A stretch of 14,226 nucleotides of DNA, from UHGV virus genome UHGV-0207341. One strand, given 5' to 3'. The translations under genes were made by a program, and so were the position numbers. This document shows, piece after piece, positions 1 through 6,027 of this stretch (within the stretch, counting starts at the first letter, position 1; every line of letters begins with the position of its first letter). Below the pieces are notes generated by a model. The model saw only the letters and a program-made list of their open reading frames with translations. It had not been told where the DNA came from and did not search any database. The DNA comes from a virus.

Positions 1-1706
1 TTCAGGGATACCGCGTAGCCCGCATTGCTGAAATGCTGGGCGAGAAAGTTGCAACCGTTCACAGCTGGAAAAAACGCGACAAGTGGGGTGACTATGGGCC
101 GCTGGATCAGATGCAGCTCACCACCGCCGCACGCTATTGCCAGCTCATTATGAAGGAGCACAAAGAAGGGAAAGATTTCAAAGAAATTGACCTGCTGGCG
201 CGCCAGTCGGAGCGCCACGCGCGGATCGGCAAGTTTAACAATGGCGGCAACGAAGCCGACTTAAACCCTAACGTCGCCAACCGCAACAAGGGCCCGCGCC
301 GTCAGCCGGAAAAGAATGTTTTCACCGATGAACAGATTGAGAAGCTGGAAGAAATCTTCCATTCCTCCATGTTCAACTACCAGCGCCACTGGTGGGAAGC
401 CGGAAAAACCAACCGCATCCGCAACCTGCTGAAGTCACGCCAGATCGGCGCGACCTTTTACTTTGCCCGTGAAGCCCTGATTGACGCCCTGCTTACCGGA
501 CGTAACCAGATTTTCCTTTCCGCCAGTAAGGCACAGGCTCACGTCTTTAAGCAGTACATCATCGACTTCGCCAAAGAAGTGGAGGTGGAGCTGAAAGGCG
601 ATCCGATGGTGCTTCCTAACGGGGCCACGCTTTACTTCCTCGGCACCAATGCCCGCACGGCCCAGAGTTATCACGGCAACCTGTATCTGGATGAATATTT
701 CTGGATACCGAAATTTCAGGAGCTGCGCAAAGTGGCTTCCGGTATGGCTATTCACAAGAAATGGCGGCAGACCTATTTTTCCACACCATCCAGTCTGACC
801 CACAGTGCTTATCCGTTCTGGTCCGGTGCGCTGTTCAACCGTGGGCGCAACAAAGCTGACAAGGTGGACATCGACCTGTCCCACAGCAATCTGGCCCCCG
901 GCCTTCTGTGCGCCGACGGGCAATACCGCCAGATAGTCACCGTGGAAGATGCGGTGCGCGGCGGCTGTAACCTGTTCGACCTCGACCAGTTGCGCATGGA
1001 GTACAGCCCGGACGAATACCAGAACCTGCTGATGTGTGAGTTCGTGGACGATCTCGCGTCCGTGTTCCCGTTCAGCGAGCTGCAGGCGTGCATGGTAGAC
1101 AGCTGGGAAGTCTGGACCGACTTTCATGCACTGGCCCTTCGCCCGTTTGGCTGGCGCGAAGTGTGGATCGGTTATGACCCGGCAAAAGGTACGCAGAACG
1201 GCGACAGTGCCGGATGCGTGGTGGTGGCACCGCCAGCCGTGTCGGGTGGTAAGTTTCGCATTCTTGAGCGTCACCAGTGGCGCGGGATGGACTTCCGCGC
1301 CCAGGCTGACGCCATCAAAAAACTGACCGAACAGTACAACGTGACCTACATCGGCATCGACTCGACCGGCGTCGGCCACGGGGTTTACGAGAACGTGAAA
1401 GCGTTTTTTCCAGCCGTCCGGGAGTTTGTCTACAACCCCAACGTTAAAAACGCCCTGGTACTCAAAGCCTACGACATTATCAGTCACCGCCGTCTGGAGT
1501 TTGACGCCGGGCATACCGACATTGCGCAGTCCTTTATGGCAATCCGTCGTGCCACCACCGCCAGTGGCAACCGCCCGACCTATGAAGCCAGCCGCAGCGA
1601 AGAAGCCAGCCACGCCGATCTGGCGTGGGCAACGATGCACGCACTGTTTAACGAACCGCTGCAGGGCGAATCCGCCAATACCAGCAATATTGTGGAGATT
1701 TTTTGA
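1..1706 (+). CDS. P: Terminase ATPase (large) subunit, P2 gpP family; 5' end lies upstream of the window
   Basis: Frame is open from the window edge (no stop before the in-frame ATG at 33) to TGA at 1704-1706. Size and character of the 557+ aa translation fit P2-family terminase ATPase subunits (recognition by eye). Stop overlaps the portal start (TGATG), matching the P-then-Q late operon order. Confidence 0.85.
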   Translation, partial: QGYRVARIAEMLGEKVATVHSWKKRDKWGDYGPLDQMQLTTAARYCQLIMKEHKEGKDFKEIDLLARQSERHARIGKFNNGGNEADLNPNVANRNKGPRRQPEKNVFTDEQIEKLEEIFHSSMFNYQRHWWEAGKTNRIRNLLKSRQIGATFYFAREALIDALLTGRNQIFLSASKAQAHVFKQYIIDFAKEVEVELKGDPMVLPNGATLYFLGTNARTAQSYHGNLYLDEYFWIPKFQELRKVASGMAIHKKWRQTYFSTPSSLTHSAYPFWSGALFNRGRNKADKVDIDLSHSNLAPGLLCADGQYRQIVTVEDAVRGGCNLFDLDQLRMEYSPDEYQNLLMCEFVDDLASVFPFSELQACMVDSWEVWTDFHALALRPFGWREVWIGYDPAKGTQNGDSAGCVVVAPPAVSGGKFRILERHQWRGMDFRAQADAIKKLTEQYNVTYIGIDSTGVGHGVYENVKAFFPAVREFVYNPNVKNALVLKAYDIISHRRLEFDAGHTDIAQSFMAIRRATTASGNRPTYEASRSEEASHADLAWATMHALFNEPLQGESANTSNIVEIF

Positions 1707-2734
1707 TGGGAAAGAGTAAAAAGAACCGCGCTGCGTCGACGAACCAGATCCAGCATAAAAGCCAGACTTCAGCCGAAGCATTCAGCTTTGGTGATCCCAT
1801 TCCTGTACTGGACCGCCGCGAACTGCTGGACTATGTGGAATGCGTACAGACGGATCGCTGGTATGAGCCACCCGTAAGTTTTGACGGACTGGCGCGCACC
1901 TTCCGCGCTGCCGTGCATCACAGTTCCCCGATTGCAGTAAAGTGCAACATTCTGACCAGTACCTATATCCCTCATCCGCTGCTCAGCCAACAGGCTTTTT
2001 CGCGTTTTGTGCAGGACTATCTGGTATTTGGTAACGCCTACCTGGAGAAACGCACGAACCGATTCGGTGAAGTTATCGCCCTTGAGCCTGCGCTGGCAAA
2101 ATACACCCGACGTGGGTTAGACCTGGATACCTACTGGTTTGTGCAATACGGCATGACTACGCAGCCGTATCAGTTCACGAAAGGCAGCATTTTTCATCTG
2201 ATGGAACCGGACATCAACCAGGAGATCTACGGCCTGCCCGGTTATCTTTCTGCCATTCCGTCAGCCCTGCTCAACGAGTCCGCCACGCTGTTCCGCCGTA
2301 AGTATTACATCAACGGCAGCCATGCAGGCTTCATCATGTACATGACCGATGCCGCGCAGAATCAGGAGGATGTGAACAACCTCCGCAACGCGATGAAAAG
2401 TGCCAAAGGTCCTGGTAACTTCCGTAACCTGTTTATGTACTCGCCTAACGGTAAAAAAGACGGGCTTCAGATTATCCCGTTGTCAGAAGTCGCGGCGAAG
2501 GATGAATTTCTTAACATCAAGAACGTGAGTCGGGATGACATGATGGCAGCGCATCGTGTGCCGCCACAAATGATGGGGATTATGCCGAATAATGTTGGGG
2601 GGTTTGGGGATGTGGAGAAGGCTAGTAAAGTATTTGTTCGTAATGAGTTATTACCGTTGCAAAAAAGATTACAGGAAATAAACATATGGCTAGATGAGGA
2701 AATAGTAACATTCGATAGTTATCAGCTTACTTGA
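1706..2734 (+). CDS. Q: Portal (capsid vertex) protein, P2 gpQ family
   Basis: 342-aa ORF starting at ATG 1706 (the track's 1703 start is a TTG one codon upstream), with GGAG about 6 nt upstream. Size and position immediately downstream of the terminase gene fit P2 gpQ. Followed by a strong hairpin terminator. Confidence 0.85.
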   Translation: MGKSKKNRAASTNQIQHKSQTSAEAFSFGDPIPVLDRRELLDYVECVQTDRWYEPPVSFDGLARTFRAAVHHSSPIAVKCNILTSTYIPHPLLSQQAFSRFVQDYLVFGNAYLEKRTNRFGEVIALEPALAKYTRRGLDLDTYWFVQYGMTTQPYQFTKGSIFHLMEPDINQEIYGLPGYLSAIPSALLNESATLFRRKYYINGSHAGFIMYMTDAAQNQEDVNNLRNAMKSAKGPGNFRNLFMYSPNGKKDGLQIIPLSEVAAKDEFLNIKNVSRDDMMAAHRVPPQMMGIMPNNVGGFGDVEKASKVFVRNELLPLQKRLQEINIWLDEEIVTFDSYQLT

Positions 2735-2740
2735 AAAAAC

Positions 2741-2761
2741 GGAGTCAGATATTCTGACTCC
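2741..2761. terminator. Bidirectional rho-independent terminator shared by convergent genes
   Basis: Perfect inverted repeat GGAGTCAGA / TCTGACTCC (2741-2749 and 2753-2761) around a 3-nt loop. A T-run follows on the + strand (TTATTT) and on the - strand (read as GTTTTTTCAA). It lies 6 nt after the Q stop and 5 nt after the stop of the minus-strand TIR-like gene. Confidence 0.7.
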
Positions 2762-2766
2762 TTATT

Positions 2767-3369
2767 TCAACCAAGAATGGACTTCAATGACAAATTGAGC
2801 TTATCAATTAATTTTTCATCCTCATAGTTTACAGACTTGATGTTTTTGAGCATCGCAGGCAATTCAGCATCACCAATTATCACAGGAATTATAGGAACAT
2901 AGTTTTCATCTTTTACCGTAGCTTTACGGAGAAAGCCCTCTACCTCTTTTCTTATATATGACTCCATATCTTCATTAGACAGAAGCAATATAGCCGCAGC
3001 GCTATTGTCTATAGCCTGATTAATTTGCTTTTCAATAATCTGCCCGGGCAATATGTTATTTTCATCAAACCATACATCAAAACCTAACTCATTAAGCTTA
3101 CAAGTTATTTGACGGGCCTTATCTTTTTCTTGTACGGGATACATTAGAAATATTTGCTTTCCTTTTTTAACGGCCTTTAGTCTTCTTTCCCTTAATTTCA
3201 TTAACACAATCAAACTCAGGCCAGAATAGGCAAAAGATAAGCCAATCACGGAGATGATAATCTCATCATTAACTCCTTGAAATAAATATGGGAGCCGTGG
3301 AATAAGAGCCATAAGAAACCCAACAACAGCCAATGCAATTGAAATAATATAAAGAGTATTTTTTTTCAT
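2767..3369 (-). CDS. Membrane-anchored TIR-like domain protein (2 predicted N-terminal TM helices plus C-terminal TIR-like domain)
   Basis: 200-aa ORF. Two hydrophobic segments at about residues 6-24 and 37-57, then a basic linker. Residues about 72-200 show the TIR pattern by eye: IFLMY strand, helix, DVWFDENNILPGQII, EKQINQAIDNSAAAILLLS, SYIRKEVEGF helix, VPIIPVII strand. ATG at 3367-3369 directly abuts the TAA of the upstream gene (TAAATG). Gene looks strongly AT-rich versus neighbouring phage core genes. Confidence 0.75.
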   Translation of the reverse strand: MKKNTLYIISIALAVVGFLMALIPRLPYLFQGVNDEIIISVIGLSFAYSGLSLIVLMKLRERRLKAVKKGKQIFLMYPVQEKDKARQITCKLNELGFDVWFDENNILPGQIIEKQINQAIDNSAAAILLLSNEDMESYIRKEVEGFLRKATVKDENYVPIIPVIIGDAELPAMLKNIKSVNYEDEKLIDKLNLSLKSILG

Positions 3370-3786
3370 TTACACACCCTTAATCCACAAAACAAAGGAA
3401 GCAAAAAATAATATGCCGACTAAATTACACCCAATACATAAAACCCAAATTTGACCTTTTGGATTTCCTGTTCGCCCTTCCCAATCTTGATGAAAAGACA
3501 TGATCCCCAGTAATACAAAAAGAGAGAAGGCAAGAAAGCTAGTAGTTCCAATGTACTGATTAACCACTTGGTTAACCGTGGTTACTGTTTGAACAGTTTT
3601 AGTCAAATCATATAAATTCAACAATGATGCACCAATTGTTGATAATATCAACTCATTCCCAAAGTAAAAATCACTCTTTTGCCAACCAGAGGATCTGGCA
3701 AGTTTTTTTACAAAAGCCCCACATAGAATCATCAACAATGGAAAAATTAAAGCAACAACGTATTTATTACCAATGACATCAATCAT
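3370..3786 (-). CDS. Small polytopic inner-membrane protein (about 4 predicted TM helices), unknown function; first gene of the TIR operon
   Basis: 138-aa ORF with ATG at 3784-3786 and AAGGAA about 9 nt upstream. Hydrophobic segments at about residues 10-26, 45-60, 82-98 and 112-135. Stop is immediately followed by the ATG of the TIR-like gene. AT-rich. Confidence 0.7.
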   Translation of the reverse strand: MIDVIGNKYVVALIFPLLMILCGAFVKKLARSSGWQKSDFYFGNELILSTIGASLLNLYDLTKTVQTVTTVNQVVNQYIGTTSFLAFSLFVLLGIMSFHQDWEGRTGNPKGQIWVLCIGCNLVGILFFASFVLWIKGV

Positions 3787-3976
3787 TAATCATCATTCCT
3801 TCAATAAATCGCATCACGCCTTTTTGTTTTTAGCTTCATCCACAACCAGTCACCATCGACATCAATATATCACATACTAAATATATAATAATTTTATCGA
3901 ACTATACAAAGCAACCAAGAGTAAAAATAACATACTCTGCCTTACATTCGAAAGGACATTATTATCCCAACGCGCG

Positions 3977-3995
3977 CTCGTATCCCCGCCACGCC
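3977..3995. other. Candidate cos (cohesive end) site of the P2/186 type
   Basis: The minus strand reads GGCGTGGCGGGGATACGAG. The first 13 nt match my recollection of the conserved GGCG(A/T)GGCGGGGA start of the 19-nt cohesive ends of P2 and 186. It is a GC-rich island in an AT-rich intergenic region, with an inverted repeat TCATGCA-GT-TGCATGA (4018-4033) alongside. Exact ends not verifiable from sequence alone. Confidence 0.35.
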
Positions 3996-4040
3996 TGCCC
4001 GCTTTATGTAGTGGTTTTCATGCAGTTGCATGATCTACGC

Positions 4041-4064
4041 AAAAGCCCGCCAGTTCTGGCGGGC
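4041..4064 (-). terminator. Rho-independent terminator of the 71-aa/280-aa operon
   Basis: GC-rich hairpin GCCCGCCAG-(tt)-CTGGCGGGC at 4045-4064, followed on the minus strand by TTTT (plus-strand AAAA 4041-4044). Lies 49 nt downstream of the stop of the 280-aa gene. Confidence 0.7.
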
Positions 4065-4112
4065 CTCAGCAAAAATGATCCTCAAACGATCATGCGATCT
4101 CATGCAGCATAG

Positions 4113-4955
4113 TCATGCACGATCATTTGACTCAGCATCTGCTGCACGCTTGCTGCGCGAAGATGCACTTTTACTACCAATCTTTCGACAGTTCTTTCTA
4201 TCCCTGGCTTCATTTTCTTTAAATTTGTTATATGTCTCAGTATCAAAAAACGAAATTGTTTCAACCTCATCTTTTGGTATGAGCACACGGAAATCTTCGA
4301 TATTAAGCCGAGACATTCCACTTATCACACCACTATCAAGATAATGTTGGTGATAGTTAGTCGTGATACTAATCGTTAGATCATCTTTATCCCGATATCC
4401 GCTTAACATCGGGAGAAGTTCAAGGTGCTCTGAAAGCCCGTTTTCTAACGCCGGACAAGTAACAAGGCCAACATAGATTTTGCGAGACGACAGAGTTGCT
4501 ATGATCGGAAACTGTCTTGCGGACGCTTCCATAAGTAATGATTCGAAAGCGTTATTACCCACAGCTTTAGCTAAGGCATCCCAGCGACGATCTCCACGTG
4601 ATGTGCGTAACTTATTTCCAAAACCTGAAATCGCAGCGAGGACAATTGAAATCATAACCCATGCTATCTGTTTGATTTCATTTATTCTTTGAAGTTTGTC
4701 TTTCGATGAAGACAACATGCCATTAAAACTGTCAGGTGTTAGATTCAAGGCATTAGCCAGCCAACGAAACCCTCCGCTGACGTTCAAAATAAAGGTGAAA
4801 AAACCGCCAAGGAGAAAAAAAACGATACCCCAGGCAGCCACAAAAAAATAAGCGTCCCAGCCGTTGGAACGCTTATATCGGTATCTTGTTGAAAGTGATA
4901 GGTTTACATAAATAAAACCACTAACCAAAATCACTGCTAAAAGTAATGTTGCCAT
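4113..4955 (-). CDS. Membrane protein of unknown function (3 predicted N-terminal TM helices plus about 170-aa C-terminal soluble domain with a basic tail)
   Basis: 280-aa ORF with ATG at 4953-4955, overlapping the stop of the upstream 71-aa ORF (TAATG). Hydrophobic segments at about residues 3-17, 36-57 and 97-113. Family not recognised. Followed by its own terminator. Confidence 0.7.
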   Translation of the reverse strand: MATLLLAVILVSGFIYVNLSLSTRYRYKRSNGWDAYFFVAAWGIVFFLLGGFFTFILNVSGGFRWLANALNLTPDSFNGMLSSSKDKLQRINEIKQIAWVMISIVLAAISGFGNKLRTSRGDRRWDALAKAVGNNAFESLLMEASARQFPIIATLSSRKIYVGLVTCPALENGLSEHLELLPMLSGYRDKDDLTISITTNYHQHYLDSGVISGMSRLNIEDFRVLIPKDEVETISFFDTETYNKFKENEARDRKNCRKIGSKSASSRSKRAADAESNDRA

Positions 4956-5170
4956 TATCTGGTTCTATTAGTTTTCTCTTTTACAGTGCTCGTTTTGATG
5001 CCTTCAAGCTTATCCATCTGTGCCTTGATGGCATCCATTGCTCTTTTGTTAGACAAGTCTACGGACACAAAACCATCTTTACTAAGATTGAGTTTGTCCT
5101 GGTTCTCTTTAAGAACCCTTGCCAGACGTTCAACTGGGTTACCCAGGCTAAATGCGGCGATGCTTGACAT
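4955..5170 (-). CDS. Small hypothetical protein (71 aa), first gene of a two-gene operon with the 280-aa membrane protein
   Basis: ATG at 5168-5170 with GGGGGAG about 5 nt upstream. Stop overlaps the next ATG by one base. Hydrophilic, no recognisable domain by eye. Confidence 0.6.
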   Translation of the reverse strand: MSSIAAFSLGNPVERLARVLKENQDKLNLSKDGFVSVDLSNKRAMDAIKAQMDKLEGIKTSTVKEKTNRTR

Positions 5171-5440
5171 AACTCCCCCTTTTCACATGGCGCGGAAGTC
5201 TACACTCCGACGCCTACAACCTCAACAGATTATCTTTAAAATTTAGACAACAATATCATCTGTTGATTTCGTTACTTAAACTTAAGTTCAATGCGCTCGA
5301 TCATGCAAGCGGTTTCTTAAGAACTGTTAATTTCCTGGCATATATAGTGGTTAAGGTAACAAATTGACACTAACGCCTCGCATAGCTCGTTGTTCAACCT
5401 TGCTGACGCCAGAAGCAAGTTCAGACGCCAGCAACGTTTC

Positions 5441-5674
5441 TTAATGCAGCCAGCTGTCGTCTTCCCACACCTTCTGCATAATTTTCATCACTTGTTTTCT
5501 TTCTTCGTCCTGTTGCAGTCCGGTCAGTTCCACACCGTTAGAGCTACCTTTGCGGATACGAATTACCGTTTTGGGATACAGGGGGCGCAGATTGCGGTAA
5601 AGCTCGGATTCAAGGGCGTCCAGTGTAGACTGGCTAATCTTCTGCTCTTTATCGATCATTATTTCAATGCGCAT
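5441..5674 (-). CDS. DinI-family protein (resembles the C-terminal DinI-like half of phage 186 Tum antirepressor)
   Basis: Taking the internal ATG at 5672-5674 (GAGGTG 5 nt upstream), the 77-aa product begins MRIEIMIDKEQ and ends WEDDSWLH. This parallels E. coli DinI (MRIEVTIAK ... ETWESADDWFV) by eye. The longer track ORF (start 5746) overlaps the upstream gene and is unlikely. Confidence 0.75.
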   Translation of the reverse strand: MRIEIMIDKEQKISQSTLDALESELYRNLRPLYPKTVIRIRKGSSNGVELTGLQQDEERKQVMKIMQKVWEDDSWLH

Positions 5675-5684
5675 AAAAGTCACC

Positions 5685-5873
5685 TCAGCTGATGACATCC
5701 ATTGAGCGGTTGTATTCGTGGGTTCTGATTTTTGCCATGAGTTCATCAGTCAATTCAGAAACCCACTGCAGAGCCAGCCCCTTCTCTTCATCACTACACT
5801 CACTAGCCGCTACAAGCTTAAGAAAAAAATCAATGCGCTGGAGCTTCAAAGACTCCAAAAAATAGTCCTGCAT
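5685..5873 (-). CDS. Small hypothetical protein (62 aa) immediately upstream of the DinI-like gene; possible N-terminal part of a Tum-like antirepressor
   Basis: ATG at 5871-5873 preceded by AGGAGG about 4 nt upstream. Its TGA stop sits inside the ribosome-binding site of the DinI-like gene. Lies directly downstream of a LexA box. Confidence 0.6.
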   Translation of the reverse strand: MQDYFLESLKLQRIDFFLKLVAASECSDEEKGLALQWVSELTDELMAKIRTHEYNRSMDVIS

Positions 5874-5916
5874 CTTTCCTCCTATAACACCACAAGCAAT
5901 GCTGTATGCATAACCA

Positions 5917-5932
5917 CTGTTTATATTTACAG
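5917..5932 (-). promoter_or_regulatory. LexA (SOS) box overlapping the -10 of a minus-strand promoter upstream of the Tum/DinI-like operon
   Basis: aCTGT-TTATATTT-ACAGta fits the CTGT-N8-ACAG LexA consensus. On the minus strand a -35-like TTTACA (plus 5952-5957) precedes -10 candidates TATACT or TACTGT that overlap the box. Located about 40 nt upstream of the 62-aa ORF start. Confidence 0.6.
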
Positions 5933-6027
5933 TATATAATAATCTTACTGATGTAAAACGTTTTTTTTACGTTCATCAGCCTGATATGCCTGGTATTATT
6001 AAGAGCACGAATTGTTAATCCGCGTAA

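Noticed and set aside
435-1781. 448-aa minus-strand ORF antisense to the terminase gene
   Set aside because: Entirely overlaps the terminase ATPase gene on the opposite strand. Its Gly/Ala/Arg-rich, low-complexity translation is typical of the antisense frame of a GC-rich gene.
4030-4344. 104-aa plus-strand ORF and 73-aa minus-strand ORF spanning the terminator at 4041-4064
   Set aside because: They run through a rho-independent terminator and the 3' end of the 280-aa gene, in frames without ribosome-binding sites; likely spurious.
5390-5692. 100-aa plus-strand ORF antisense to the DinI-like gene
   Set aside because: Overlaps the DinI-like gene completely on the opposite strand; the DinI match on the minus strand is far more convincing.
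5902-5919. Second possible LexA half-site arrangement (CTGT-N8-CCAC) just upstream of the LexA box
   Set aside because: The second half-site is not ACAG; only the box at 5917-5932 fits CTGT-N8-ACAG.
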